Shown: positions 11,273 to 24,465 of the stretch, piece after piece
Numbering within the stretch: position 1 is the first letter of the stretch
How the letters are laid out: each line of letters starts with the position of its first letter
Assembly (NCBI GenBank): GCA_014905635.1
Contig: JABVCE010000014.1
Span: forward strand, 1-64,000
DNA: 64,000 nt
DNA from: Scenedesmus sp. PABB004
Taxonomy: Eukaryota
Reading direction: 5' to 3'
Made by a program: the position numbers and the translations under genes
The notes under the pieces: generated by a model
What the model was told of the DNA's origin: nothing
Seen by the model: only the letters and a program-made list of their open reading frames with translations
Databases searched by the model: none

Positions 11273-12780
11273 GGCTCCAACGTGCTGCCCCGCCACGCGC
11301 TGCGCCGCCGAGGTCGGCCGCCGGCGGCCGCGCCGCGCCGCGGGCCCTGCGCCGCCCGCGCGCGCGCCGCTCGGCGGCGCCGCGGCGCGGCGCTGCCGGG
11401 CGCCGTTTCTCCTGCCCCGCCGCCCCTGCGGAGCGGAGGTGCGGGGCTCCAACGTGCTGCCCCGCCACGCGCTGCGCCGCCGAGGTCGGCCGCCGGCGGC
11501 CGCGCCGCGCCGCGGGCCCTGCGCCGCCCGCGCGCGCGCCGCTCGGCGGCGCCGCGGCGCGGCGCTGCCGGGCGCCGTTTCTCCTGCCCCGCCGCCCCTG
11601 CGGAGCGGAGGTGCGGGGCTCCAACGTGCTGCCCCGCCACGCGCTGCGCCGCCGAGGTCGGCCGCCGGCGGCCGCGCCGCGCCGCGGGCCCTGCGCCGCC
11701 CGCGCGCGCGCCGCTCGGCGGCGCCGCGGCGCGGCGCTGCCGGGCGCCGTTTCTCCTGCCCCGCCGCCCCTGCGGAGCGGAGGTGCGGGGCTCCAACGTG
11801 CTGCCCCGCCACGCGCTGCGCCGCCGAGGTCGGCCGCCGGCGGCCGCGCCGCGCCGCGGGCCCTGCGCCGCCCGCGCGCGCGCGCCGCTCGGCGGCGCCG
11901 CGGCGCGGCGCTGCCGGGCGCCGTTTCTCCTGCCCCGCCGCCCCTGCGGAGCGGAGGTGCGGGGCTCCAACGTGCTGCCCCGCCACGCGCTGCGCCGCCG
12001 AGGTCGGCCGCCGGCGGCCGCGCCGCGCCGCGGGCCCTGCGCCGCCCGCGCGCGCGCCGCTCGGCGGCGCCGCGGCGCGGCGCTGCCGGGCGCCGTTTCT
12101 CCTGCCCCGCCGCCCCTGCGGAGCGGAGGTGCGGGGCTCCAACGTGCTGCCCCGCCACGCGCTGCGCCGCCGAGGTCGGCCGCCGGCGGCCGCGCCGCGC
12201 CGCGGGCCCTGCGCCGCCCGCGCGCGCGCCGCTCGGCGGCGCCGCGGCGCGGCGCTGCCGGGCGCCGTTTCTCCTGCCCCGCCGCCCCTGCGGAGCGGAG
12301 GTGCGGGGCTCCAACGTGCTGCCCCGCCACGCGCTGCGCCGCCGAGGTCGGCCGCCGGCGGCCGCGCCGCGCCGCGGGCCCTGCGCCGCCCGCGCGCGCG
12401 CCGCTCGGCGGCGCCGCGGCGCGGCGCTGCCGGGCGCCGTTTCTCCTGCCCCGCCGCCCCTGCGGAGCGGAGGTGCGGGGCTCCAACGTGCTGCCCCGCC
12501 ACGCGCTGCGCCGCCGAGGTCGGCCGCCGGCGGCCGCGCCGCGCCGCGGGCCCTGCGCCGCCCGCGCGCGCGCCGCTCGGCGGCGCCGCGGCGCGGCGCT
12601 GCCGGGCGCCGTTTCTCCTGCCCCGCCGCCCCTGCGGAGCGGAGGTGCGGGGCTCCAACGTGCTGCCCCGCCACGCGCTGCGCTGCCGAGGTCGGCCGCC
12701 GGCGGCCGCGCCGCGCCGCGGGCCGCGCGCCGCCCGCGCGCGCGCCGCTCGGCGGCGCCGCGGCGCGGCGCTGCCGGGCG
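11273..12780. repeat. 172-bp satellite, ~8.7 near-identical copies
   Basis: Unit start GGCTCCAACGTG recurs at 11273, 11445, 11617, 11789, 11963, 12135, 12307, 12479, 12651. Confidence 0.95.
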
Positions 12781-13463
12781 CGGCGCTGCGCGCACATGGC
12801 CCTCGGTTACAGCCCTCGGTTACAGCCGTCTCGCGCACGCCGGCGGTTGCGCCGCGCGTTGCTCGCATGTTGTTGTGCATGTACACACGCCGCCGCACGC
12901 TGGCCAGCGGCCAACAACTCTGCCACCACGCCTAGGTACAAGCTACAAGGGCTCCACGCGCCCGCCCCTCGCGCGGCGCTGCCAAGGGCGTAGGCAGCGA
13001 GCAGCGAGCGGCGGGCCCCCCGTGCGCAGGCGCGCGTTGGCAGCGAGCGCACCAGGGGGGTGCGCCGCCGCCGCCCGGGGTCGGACGGTCCTCCCTCCTC
13101 CCCCCTCCAGCGAGCGATGCCGTGCCCCTCGCCTCCCCGCGGCGGCAGGCGGCGGCGCTCTCAGCCGCCGCCTGCCAGAGCAGCCCGCCCGACCGCGTGC
13201 CGCTCGGGTGCAAAACTTGGCCTCCAGAAATGGTACAGTGCGGGCCCCCGGGCGGCAGCGCGCAAGTGCGCGGGCGGTTGCCCGCGGCGCGGCCCCGCCC
13301 CCGCCCGGCCCTCGGGGCGCTGCTGCCGCGCGCCGCCCCGTCGCCTACCGCGAGCGGCGACAAACCGCGCGCCACGCGTGTACAACAAAAGCGCCGGCAA
13401 AAATCGGGCGCGCCGCGTCGCGCCCCGCGTGCTTGCGCACGCACGCGCGCGCGCGCGCGCGCC

Positions 13464-14615
13464 TCACCACGCCTCGCGGCTGGCGGCGGCGCGGCGGTGC
13501 AGGCCCGCGACCTGGTGCATCACCTGCGCGCGGTGGCTCTCCGTCGCGCTAAAGTGCTTGGCCGCCGCGCGCGCCGCCTCGGCGGCCGCCCAGTCGGTCA
13601 CGCCGCTCGCCATGTTGCAGCCGTCCGACATGGGGCTGCTGTCGATGTCCAGGCCCCCGCCCGGCCCCGCCGCGTCGTGCTCGTCGGGCGGCGGCACGGG
13701 CGCCGGCGGCGCCGCGCCGACGCCGAAGCGCGCCGCCGGCTTGCGCGAGCGCACCGCCGCGCGGTGCCGCAGGCCCGCGAGCTGCGTGCGCAGCGCCGCC
13801 GCGTGCGCCGCCGCGTCGTGGTGGCCGGGCGGCGGCGGCGGCGGCGGCGCCGCGCCCGCGTCGCCGCCGTGCGCGGCCGCGTCGGCGGGCGGCGGGGCGC
13901 GGCCGCGCTTGTGGGCGCCCCAGCGGCGCTTTTGCATGAACGACCAGTACCTGGCCCGCGGGGGAGGGGGGGGAGGGGCGGCGCGGGGTCGGCCGCCGGC
14001 CGGGCGCGCGCGCGGCGGCGGCGGCGGCGCGCGGGCCGCGGCCGCGGCGCGCGCACCAGTCGTGGAAGGCCCAGTCGCTGCGCCGGCCGTCGCCGCCGCC
14101 CGCCGCGCCGGGGCGGTTGCGCGACGTGAGCAGCTCGTACGCCTGCTGGATGCTCATGAACTTGCGCTCCGCGCCGGCGCTGTGGTTGACGTCCGGGTGG
14201 TGCTGCAGCACCAGCTTGCGGTACGCCTGCGCGCGCGGACGGCCGCCGGCGGCCGGTGAGCGCGCGCGCCGGCGCGGCGGCGGCGGCCGGCGGCGGCCGG
14301 CGTGCGCGCGCGGCGCCCGCGCCTGCTTGATCTCGGTCTCAGACGCGTTTGCGCCCACGCCCAGCGTGGAGTAGGGGCACAGGTTGGCCGCGGCCTGCGG
14401 GGGCGAGCCTGCAGCGTCAGCATGGCTGCGCCCCCCCTCCAGCGGCGCACCCGCGGCCCCACGGCCGGCATGCGCGCCCGCCCTGGGCGCATGGGCGACC
14501 GCACCTTCACGGAGCGGACCCTGCGCAGCGCCGGGCGCACCGGGCGCGCCGCGCGGGCGCCGCTGCTGCCGCCCGCGGCAAGGGCGCCGGCGCGCTGCTG
14601 CTGCAGCGCCTGCAT
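13464..14615 (-). CDS. J-domain (DnaJ/Hsp40-type) protein, probably plastid-targeted; ~4 exons
   Basis: Spliced PYSTLGV...ETEIKQ|AYRKLVLQHHPDVN...KFMSIQQAYELL with HPD motif; Ala/Arg-rich N-terminus. Confidence 0.85.
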
Positions 14616-15044
14616 GCTGTTGGCTGATGGCTGGGCGCGCTGGGGGACGGCGCGCCCAGCAAACACGCTCGCCCGGCGAGGAGAAGCGCGTGGGAGGCCT
14701 CTCTACGGCGGTGCGCCTCGAGCGTCTCGGGCGCGCTTCACGACCCACCGTGGGCGCCGGACGTCGGACTGCCGCGGCCGCGCGCTGCAGCCGCGACGCC
14801 CGCGGCGGCGGCGCAGCGGCGGAGAAGCGCACGGGGCGCGGCGCCGCGTCGTGGCGCCGCCGCAGCTGCCGTCCCCGCCGCAGTCGCTCCGCGTGCGCCC
14901 GCCTCTCTGTCTCCCCCGCCGGCGCGCAGCAGCGGTCCGAGCGCTGCGCCGGCCGCTGCCAGTGTGCGCGATAGCAGAGGCGGGAACGCCCCGGCGCGCC
15001 CGCTGCCGCGCCCGCTGGGGCTGGGGCTTCGCCTGGAGCTCCGC

Positions 15045-16424
15045 ATGGGCGCCTACATGGAGGCCTCGGGGCTGGCGGCCTGCATCGAGGACGCCGCGAG
15101 GTGCCCCGGACGCACGCGGCGCGCCGCCGCGCCGCGCGGCCGTCGCGCCCGCGCCCGCTGAGCGCCGCCGCCGCCGCCGCGCCCGGCGCCCTCAGCCTGC
15201 TGGCCAGCGGCGGCGGCGGCGGCGGCGGCCCGCGGGCGCGCGCAGCAACAGCAGGAGCAGCGGGAGCAGCAGCCCCGCGCGCTTCATGGCGTCGTACCTC
15301 GACGCGGTCGTCGCGGGGGCGCACGTGCTCTGGCGGCACGCCGCGCTCGTCGCCGCGACGCACGCCAACGCCCGCGCGTTCCTGGCGGCCGCGCGGCGCG
15401 CGCTCGCGCCGCTCGCGGGCGCGGGGCGGCTCAGCACCGGCGACGCGGTGTCGGTGGTGTTGCTGTGCTGCCCCGACTGGCCGCGCGCGAGCGTGCAGGA
15501 CGCGTGGGACGCGGCGGCGGCGCTGCAGAGCTGTGAGCGGCAGGGCGCGCCGCGCGCGCGCGCGCCTGCGTGTGCGGCGCCCCCTCGCTCGCCCGCCCGC
15601 CTGCGATGCGCGCCCGCGGCGCCGCCGCGCAGGGGCGGACGCGTGCAAGCACGGCGCCGGCGGCGCGCCGGCGCCCGCGCAGGCGCCGCGGGGCGTGTCG
15701 TTCGCTGTCTTCTGGCAGTGCTTTGAGGCCGCCACCTACTACGCGCGCTACCTAGCCGCGCTGCGCGGCGCCGCGTTTGGGCCGCACGGGTGCCGGGGCC
15801 TGCCCGCGCTCGACGCCGCGATGGCGGCGGCGGCGGCGGAGCTGCCGCCGCGCGGCTGGCCCGTGCCCGACGCGGCCGCCATGCGGCGCGTGGTGCTGCA
15901 GGCGAGCCGCGGGGGCACGGCGCCAGACTTTGCGTTTGCCGAGCTGCTCAAGTGCGGCCGCCAGGGCGGCACGGTGTGGGGCGCGCGGCGCGCGGCGCGG
16001 CGCGCAGCGCCCGCCCGCGACCGCCTGCCCGCGCCCGCCCGCGGCTGCCCGCCGCGTGCGCGCGCGCAGGGCGCTGTGCGGCTGCCAGGCGCTGGTGCTC
16101 GACGCGCGGCGCGATATCGCGGCCGCGGCGGCGGCCGCGGCGGCGGCCGCGGCGGCCAACAGCAACAGCGGGCTGGCAGGGGACAGCGGCAGCCCGGCGG
16201 TCGCAAGGTAGGTGCGCCGCGCACCGCGGCGCGGGGCCCGGGGGGGGGGGGGGGCGGCGCGGCGTGCTGCGCGCGCGCCCCTAAACGGCGCGCACCGCCC
16301 GCAGGCGGTCCAGCAGCAGCGGCGGCGCCTCCAACTGCAGCAGCCGCAGCGCGTCGAGCGGCGGCGGCGGAGCGGACGTGGCGGCGGCGGCGCGGCAGCC
16401 GAGCAGCGGCGGCACGCGGCGGTG
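15045..16424 (+). CDS. C11orf49/CSTPP1 (UPF0705)-like protein; ~5 exons
   Basis: YMEASGL..CIEDA; ARFMASYLDAVVAGAHVLWRH..VAATHANARAFL; LLCCPDWP; VSFAVFW..YY resemble recalled C11orf49 motifs (ARFFTEYFNSV..GTHILFRE...QATPHNRVSFL, LLCPDFP). Confidence 0.6.
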
Positions 16425-17043
16425 AGGTCTCGCTCTGATTTACAGCGTCATGCGACCGCAACCGCGCGGCGGGTCCTGCGTGCTCGCGGCCAAAAAGGTC
16501 CCACACCTCCCTCAAAACGGCGTACTTGTGCCATCACCACCATCATCATCAAAAGGAAGCCAACAGGGGGCTGCCTGGCAGCAGCCGAGCGGGCCCCAGA
16601 CGGTGCTGGGGCGTGCGTGCAGGAGGCGCGGCAGCAACGGGCTGCGCCGCTCTGCGACGGCAGCCATGGGCGGAGGCAAACGCACACGCGCGCGCACACG
16701 GAGAGTAACGAGGGCGCTGGCAGGCAGGCGGCGCGCTGCCAGCGCGCCCCCCAACCAGGGTGCTCTCACCACGGCGCTAACTGACCAACAAAACGACTGC
16801 CACGCCGGGCGGCGGGCTGCGGGCTGCGGGCACCGCCCTCGTGAGCCGGGAACCGCAGCGCCGACAAAACACACACAGCGCGGACAAAAGTTCACGGCGC
16901 CGAGCGCCGCACACGCTGCCACACTGCCGCCACAGTGCTCCCCCCTGCCCCTCGCCTTTGTTCGCTGTTCGTCCGGTCAGCTACTTACGTCAGCGCGGCC
17001 GCCGTCATCATCATCTGTGCCCCGCGTCGCCCGCGGCGCGCCG

Positions 17044-19171
17044 TCACTGCGCGGCGCCGCTGTCCGTGCGCGCCTGGCGCGCCTGCCGCATGTAGGGGTG
17101 TTCCGGCGCCGAGCGGCTGACCGTGGGCGCGGGCAGCGACATCGCGGAGAGTAGCGGCTGCCGCGGGGCGCTGGGGCGCCCCGGGGCCGGCTGGCTGCTG
17201 CGCCTCAGCCGGTGCTGCTCCTCCTGCTGCTGCGGCGGCGGCGGCTGCCGCTGCTGCTGCTGCTGCGCGGCCGCGCCCTGCATGCACGGGTGCGCCGTCA
17301 CACGCCGCAGCGGCGGCGTCGAGCCCACGCTCAGGACCTCGACGCGCCCCGTGAGCTGCTGCAGGCTGCTGCTGGCGCCGCTGCCGGCGCTCGCCAGCGT
17401 CAGCGGTTCCGGGCCCGCCGCCAGCGGCGGGCCCGGCTGCAGCGGCGCGCACAACTCGCCCCCGGCGGTGCGGCGCAGGCCCGAGGGGCTCGGCGCAGGC
17501 CCGAGGAGCTCGCGGCGCAGGCCCGAGGGGCTCGCGGCGGTGCCCCCGCCGCCGCTGCTGCTGGCGCCGCTGCTGCTGCTTGGGCTGCCGAGGCTGCCGC
17601 TGTCGGCCGGCTGCAGCCAGAGCGGCGGCCTGGCAAGGCGGCCCGCGTCGCGGCCGCACGCCGCCCAGCTGCCGTCGGCGTGGCCGTCCGGCCAGCTGCC
17701 CAGCGGCCACTGGTCGCTGCCGCCGCGGCAGGGCGCCGCGCCGCGGGCGCAGCGCAGCGCGCCGCCGGCCGCGCCGGCGTCGTCGCTGCCCAGGCTGCTC
17801 GACGAGCTGCGCACCGTGGTGTAGCTGCTCGACCCGCTGCTGGTCGCGCCGCCGACGGAGCATCTGTCGCGCGGCCGGCGGGCGAGGGCCGCCGCGGCAG
17901 CGGCCGCAGCCGCCTGCTCGCGCGGCGCCGGCGCCGTGGGCTGCTCCAGCTGCTCCGGCGGCGGGCCCTCGCCCCCCTCGCGCACGCCCCAGCACTCCGC
18001 CAGCTCCACCACCGAGAGCAGCATGTCAGGGCTGCCCGCCGCGGCGTGGAGCAGCAGGCCGACCAGCTCGGGCGTGAGCAGCGCCGCGCCGTCAAAGCTG
18101 CCCCCGCCGCCGTCCGCGTGTGCGGGCAGGCCCTCGTCGGCGAGGGCCGCGAGCAGGGCCGCCACCGACTCCTGCGCGCCCTGGCTCGTGTTCCAGAGCT
18201 CCCACCTGCGGCAGAGAGGCCGGGAGCGGGCCGCGGCTCGGCTGGCGCGGGGCAGGGCCGGCGCCCCGCGCGCGCGCGCGCCCGCGCGCCCGCGGCCCGC
18301 GCACCTGGGCGCCGTGAGTAGCGAGTTGAGAGTGCTGGCAACCAGCCCGAGCTGGCCCTGCCGGCCTGCCACTGCCACGAGCCAGCCGGCGGCCTCCGTC
18401 TGCCCACACAGCAGCGCCGCGCGGAGGTACTCTGCCAGCCCGTCGGCGGCCGCGAGGTGCCCCGCGGCAGGGGCGCCCGGCGCAGCGAGCGCCTGCAGCA
18501 GCTCCAGCCGACCCGCCAGCACCGCGCCGCGGCACGCCGCGCGCAGGCACAGCCCCGCCTGTGCGCCGGGAGCGTCGCCAGCGCCGCCGCCGAAAAGCTG
18601 CAGCAGCAGCAGCGTCGCCCCGGCGTGGCCTGCGCCCGCCGCCGTGCGCAGCAGCGCCAGCTGCTGCCGAGCGTCCGGCAGGGGCTGCGCCTCGCCCAGC
18701 AGCGCGTGCAGCGTCGCAGCGTCGCCGCGGCTCGCCGCTGCTTTCAGTGCACCCAGCCGCGCGGCGGCGGCCAGCGCAGGGCTGTGCGCCGCGCTGAGCG
18801 CCTCCGGCGCGCAGCCCCCGTCCGGCCCGCGCAGCAGCAGCAGGCTGCGGATGGTCGCCGCCGCGCCGTCGTGGCCCTCCGCCAGCGCCGCCTCGAGCGC
18901 CGAGGGCGTGAGGCCCTCCCAGAGCTCCGGCAGGCGCGTGAGGAGCTTGTGCAGCGCGTCCACGTTGCCGGCCGCGCCCGCCTGGTCAAACACGCTGCAC
19001 ATCTGCGGCCCCAGCAGCGGCCGCGCGGCAGACAGCGCGCAGCCCTGCCCCGGCCCCAGCGCAGACAGCAGCAGCTCCAGCGCGTCGCCCGCGTGGCTGC
19101 GGATGGCCAGGCGCAGGCACGCGCCCACGACCTGGACCGTCTGCGCCAGCAGCCGCGGGCCCGCCCTGTGC

Positions 19172-19202
<31 letters not shown>

Positions 19203-20570
19203 GCCGGCGCACCAGGTGGGTGCGCGCACCGGGCGGGGCGCGGCGGGCCCTCGCCGCTGCCTCTCCTACTCCCACCCCCAAGGTGCGGCAGCCAAGCCCC
19301 CCGCGCACGCCGCCGCACCTCGCGAGCTGCTGCGGCAGGATCGGCGACTCGAGCACGGCGCGCAGCGCGTCGGTGTTTGCGGTCGCGGCTGTGAAGCTGA
19401 GGGCGAGCACCGCGGCATCGTGCACGCGCAGCGCGGCCAGGTAGCGCAGCAGCTGCGCGGTCACGCTCGCGTGCCCGCCCGTGCACGCCACGCTGCGCGG
19501 CGGCGGCGCGCAGAGCGGCGGCGGGCGTGAGCGCGCAGCGCAAACACCGAGCGCGCGCAGGCGCGCTGCGGGCGCACGGCGCGCGCGCGCGCGCGGCGGC
19601 GCTGCCCCACCGCAGCGCGTCCTGCAGCTGGGCGGCGTGCTCGGGGCCAAACTGCTGCACCGCGTTGAACTGGGAGAAGAAGAACGACAGCGCCCAGGTC
19701 ATGGTCGCGGCGCTGCCCGAGTGCGCGGCGTGGCAGAGAAAGGTTGGCCCCGGCGTCGCGTGCGCGCGCAGCACCTCCAGCGCGGCGACATGCCCGCCCT
19801 GCGCCGCCAGGTCCAGGGCCATGGACGTCGCGCTGGCGCCGGGCTGCTGCGCCGCCCAGCTCAGCGCGCCGCCGGCCAGCAGGCAGCGCAGCACGTCGGC
19901 ATGCCCGGCTGCGGCGTCGGACGCGGGGCGCGGGGGCGGGCGCGGGCGGGGCGTCAGCCTCGGCGCGCGGCGACCGAGGCCCGCCCCCTGCGCGCCGCGC
20001 CGCGCGCGGCCAGCGGCGCTCACCGGCCGCGGCGGCGAAGAAGGCGCTGCTGCGCACGTAGTGGTGGCAGCCGCCGAGCGGCGCGGCGGGCATGATCGGC
20101 ACGAGCGCCGCCACGAGCGCCGCCTGGCCGCCGGCCGCGGCAAACGGCAGCAGGCAGTGCGCCGCGTGCGGCAGCGCCGCCGCTGCCACCGCGGCGCCCG
20201 CCGCCAGGGCGTCGCCGGCGCCCTGCGCCCACGCCTTGGCCGCGGCCGCGCCGCCCGGCGCGAGGCCGCCGTCCAGGGCCGCGGCGTCGAGCATGAGGCC
20301 GAGGCATGCCGCCCCGCCGGAGGGGGTGTGCCGCAGGCGCCGCAGCCGCGCCCAGCCGGCCAGCCGGTACGCGCCCAGGCCTGCCCGGCACCGGCCCCGG
20401 CCGGCGCGGCGGGCCTGGGCGGCCGCCCAGAGGCGCAGCAGGCCCTGCCGGGAGCTCAGCGCGTGCGCCAGCGCGCTGCAGGAGCTCGCGCACGCCTCCA
20501 GCGCGCCCGGCTCGTCGCGCACCGCGCGCAGCACGATGCCGAGCTGCAGGTCCGCGGGCAGGCGCAGCAT
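17044..20570 (-). CDS. Ankyrin-repeat protein with F-box-like N-terminus; ~5 exons
   Basis: MLRLPADLQLGIV start; repeated AAxxGHxxxxxxLL units (AAQGGHVAALEVL, ACTGGHASVTAQLL, AAGAGHAGATLLLL); low-complexity C-terminus. Confidence 0.7.
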
Positions 20571-21039
20571 GGCGCCCCGCGGAGGCGCACGGGCGCGACG
20601 CGGGCTAGCGATGCGCCTCCGACAGCGCCGCGCCGCGAGCCATGCCGGCGCGAGCCGCGGCGACCCGGCTGGCGAGCGCGCCGGTGCGGGAGTGCGGAGT
20701 CGAGTGCGGCAAGCGCCGCTGCTGGCGGAGAGCCCGGGTTCCGGCGTGCGCCCTGCGCGCGCTTGCTCCCTGTGCACAGCGGGCGACCGTTGTATGCGAA
20801 GGTCACGGGCTGGCGTGGCGGGCGAATGGGCGGCCAGGCCAGGCCGGCGGCGAGCAGTTGGCGCCGGAGCAGCTCGCGCGCGACCGCCGCCGCCGCCAAG
20901 TTCCACTTTTGCTCCCCCCCTCACTCGTCTACTGTACAAGCGCGGTGTGCCGCCGTGGGGTTGCGTTCTCCCTCTCTCGCCCACGGCCGCGCAGCGTCGT
21001 CGCAGCTGCGCGTGCTGGGCCGGCGCGTGCGCCCGCCGC

Positions 21040-23862
21040 TCAGCACTCGCCGCCGCGGGCGGGCGGGCCCTCGTCCTCGGCGCTGCTGAGGCTGCCGCCG
21101 CTGCTGAGGCTGGACATGCTGCTGATCTTGGCCGCCAGGTGCGCGACCGTGGTGTCGACCTTGTAGGGCGACCCCTCCAGCGTCAGCGCCTGCCACGCGT
21201 ACGCGAGCTGCGCGCACGCGCGGCCGGGCGCGCTCGTTGGTGCCGCCCGCCCACCCCCCGCGTGCCTCGGGGCGCGCCGGCGCGCGGTCGCCGCGCCGCA
21301 CCTCGGCGTCCTCGCGCTGCAGGAACTTTGCCACCGCGCCGCGCAGCGTGGGGTCGGCGAGGAAGTGGGCGCTGTGCGTGAAGCTCGGCAGGTACCCGCG
21401 CTGTGTGTGTGTGTGTGGGGGGGGGGTGATGGAGAGGGAGGGCGGGAGGGAGGCGCGCGGCCGAGGCGCGGGCGCAGGCGGGCGTGCGCGGCGCGCCTGC
21501 AGCTTGTGCTCGCCCTGCGCGCCCGCCTCGACGCGCGGCAGGCCCCGCGCGATCGCCTCTTCGATCGCCTGGCGGGCGGGGGAGGTGACGGGGAGGGGGG
21601 GGGGAGCTGGGCTGCAGGCGAGCCGGGGGCCGGGGGCGCCGCGCGCTGCCTGCCGAGGCGCTGCGGGCGCTGTGCGTGCCGCGCGTGCCGCGCGTGCCGC
21701 GCGCCGCCCGCCTGGTAGTAGCAGAGCTCAAAGTGGAGGTGCCGGTACTGCCGCCCCGGGCGGAGGCCCCAGTTGCGGCCGTAGATGCACGCGCTGCCCA
21801 CCAGGTTGAGCGCCGCCGCGACGACCTCCCCGCCCTCCTCCGCGACCACCAGCAGCACGTCGTCACCCATCTCAGACCCCAGCCTGGCCGCCGGGGGGGG
21901 GGGGGGGGGAGGCCGGGGAGGCCAGGGGTGACGGGGAGGGCAGGGGCGCGCCGCCGCCGCGGAGCGCCGCCGCCCGCGCGCGCGCCCCCTCGGCGCGGCC
22001 GCGCGGCGCTGCCGGCGCGTGCCTGTGGAAGACCGTTCGCTTCATGTAGGCGGTGCCCCACTTGCGGTCCACGGTGTCCTCGTAAAAGTCATAGAACGCG
22101 TCCCACGTCGCCGCGGGGACCTCGCCGCCGCGCAGCCGCCGCACCGTGAGGCCCTGCTTTGCGACGCTCTTGCGCTCCTGCGCGGCGCCCGCGGCGGCAG
22201 CGGCGCCGTCAGCGCGGTGGCGGGCGCGGCGGCGGCGGGGCCCCGGTGGCGGCGGCGGCGGCGGGGGCGGTGGCTCCAGCCCGCCGCGCCGGGCGCGCGC
22301 GCGCGTGCGCGCCTGGCGTATGCTCTTGCGCCGGCTCTGCTTGAGGTCTGCCAGGAAGTCCTCAAACGTGACGTAGCCCCGGTTGTCCCTGCCGGGGGCA
22401 CACAGGCGTGCGTGTGAGCGCGTGCGCGTGTCGGGGTGGGCGAGCGGGGCGCGCAGCAGGCGCCCAGGGCGCGGCGCGCGCGGCGGCGCCCGGGGCGCGG
22501 CGCGCGCCCCCGCCGCGCGCGCGGCCGCACCAGTGGTACTGGATGCCGCGGCGCTGCTGGAAGCCCAGCGCGCCCAGCGCCGCCGCCTCTGCGCCGGTGG
22601 GGAAGGTCACGTGCAGCGACGACAGGCCCATCTCCTCTGCGCCCCCGGCGGCGCGGCGGGCGGCGGGCGGCGGGCGGCGCGTGGGCGCGCGCGCGGGCAG
22701 CGCCGCGCGGGCGCGGCGCGCGCGGGGTCGGGCGCGCACGCGTGATGGCGACGAGCGACTGCGCGAGCGCCTTAGTCACGAGCGCCGCGAGCGGGCCGGG
22801 CGCGACGAGCAGGCGGTTGCCGGTCACGGGCGTGAACGGCACGGCGACCTGGAGCTTGGGGTAGTAGCTGGTGCGCGTGTGTTGGGGGGGGGGGGCGACC
22901 GAGGGGGAGGGGCGGGTGCGTTGGGTGCGTCGGGTGCGTCGGCGCGGCGCCGCGGGCCGCGCTCGCGCAGGGCCGCGGGCCGCGGCCGCTGCGCTCACCG
23001 CTGGCCGAGCATGCTCGCGTAGTTGGCCCAGCTGCTGTCAAAGACAAACTCGCCGTAGCTGTGCGCCTTGAGGTACGCGGGTGCGGCGCCCAGCAGGGCG
23101 CCGCTCCGCGCGTCGCGCACCGTCACGTGCTGCGCACCCCAGCCCTCGTTCGGCGCCTGCGGCGGCGCCGGCGGCGGCCGCCGCGCCGCGTCAGGGCCCG
23201 CTGCGTCGGGGCCGCGCCGCCGCGCCGCCGCGCCGCCGCGCCGCCGCGCACCGCCGAGCCGCTGTCCTCCAGGATGTGCAGGAAGCGCCACTTGAGCGTG
23301 GGGTTGACCTCCGCCTGCGCGCCCACCAGCGCGTCCCACTCCGCCTCGCCGACCTGCGCGGCGCTCGGGGTGAGCCGCATCGCCGCCCGCGCGTGCGCCT
23401 CGAGCGCCGCGCCTGCTGCTGGCGCGCAGGCGGCGCGGCGCACCTCGGCGATCGAGGTCAGCACCTGGACCTTGAGCTGCAGCTGCTCCCGCGCCGCGCC
23501 GCCCTCGCTTGCTGCGCCGCAGTCTGGGCCTGCTGCCGCGCCGCCCGCAGCCTCGGCAGCCGCCGCCGCCGTCTGCGTCGCGCGCGCGGCACCGTGAGCA
23601 GCAGCGCCGCGCGGCGAGCGCTCGGCGCCGCCGCCCGGGCCGCCATGGAGCCGTTCCGCGCGGCGCCACTGCGTGCCCATGGTCTCACCTGCTGCGTCAC
23701 GCCGGCGCTGGAGCACGCCAGCCGGCAGCCCAGGTGCGAGGGACGCTGCTGATGATGGCACGCCCGCCCGCCCGCCACGGGCCGCAGCGCGCGGCTGGCG
23801 CAGCGCCAGGGGCATGCCCAAGACACGCGCGATGCCACCGGCGCCCGCGCACGGCCCAGCAT
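21040..23862 (-). CDS. FemAB-like/DUF482 GNAT-fold protein; ~12 exons, start uncertain
   Basis: YLKAHSYGEFVFDSSWA, YYPKLQVAVPFTPVTG, SSLHVTF, IQYHW, YGRNWG, LHFELCYYQAIE, EAGAQGEHK, RGYLP. Confidence 0.9.
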
Positions 23863-24465
23863 TGCGTCGGCAGCGCCGCCGCCGCTGCCCAGAGTGCGCT
23901 GCGCGGCGCGCGGGTGGTGGTGGGCGCCGCTCGGGCGTGCCAGTGCCGGCCGCGCGCCGGCGAGAGGGCTGGGGTGGCCACCACCACCAGCCGCGCGCAC
24001 TCGTGGGGCCAGCGGGCGGCCGCGCGCGCGCCACGTTGAGCCCTAGCACGCGGAAGCGGGGCGCGGCGGCGGCGCCGGTCGTCAGCCGGCGGCGGCCATG
24101 GTCCGCGCCTCCCCTGCGCCCGGACCCACATCCACATCCAGCCCGACCTCGCGCAAAACGGACGGGGCGCACATATTCGCCCCCCGGGTGCGGTCCCCGG
24201 ACGCGACCGCCAGGCCCAAGTGGCGACAGGACCCACCCGCACGTGGTGCGCGCCCCGGTGATCCGCCGCGCCCGCCAGCTGCCCGCCAGGCTCGGAGCGC
24301 GCGCGCTCTCACCGCTCCCAGCGCCCCCGTGCCGCGCTTGATTGCGCCGCCTGATCCGTCCGTCGCGTACCGCGTCCCCGGCGGCCCGCGCGCAGGCCAG
24401 GCCGCGCGGCGGCGGCGGCGAGTCTCCCCATCGGGTCGGCCGCGCCCGCCGGGCGCGCACCGCGG

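Noticed and set aside
12800..12826. CCCTCGGTTACAG x2
   Set aside because: Most simply a small duplication of a minus-strand TGTAA poly(A) signal, possibly of the J-domain gene
11165..13552. Very long ORFs in several frames over the 172-bp array
   Set aside because: Stop-free GC-rich satellite with a unit length not divisible by 3; translations are periodic and show no protein signature
21040..23862. FemAB-like gene as evidence of peptidoglycan synthesis or recent HGT
   Set aside because: Intron-rich; the family has plant/algal homologs, and the name does not imply demonstrated function
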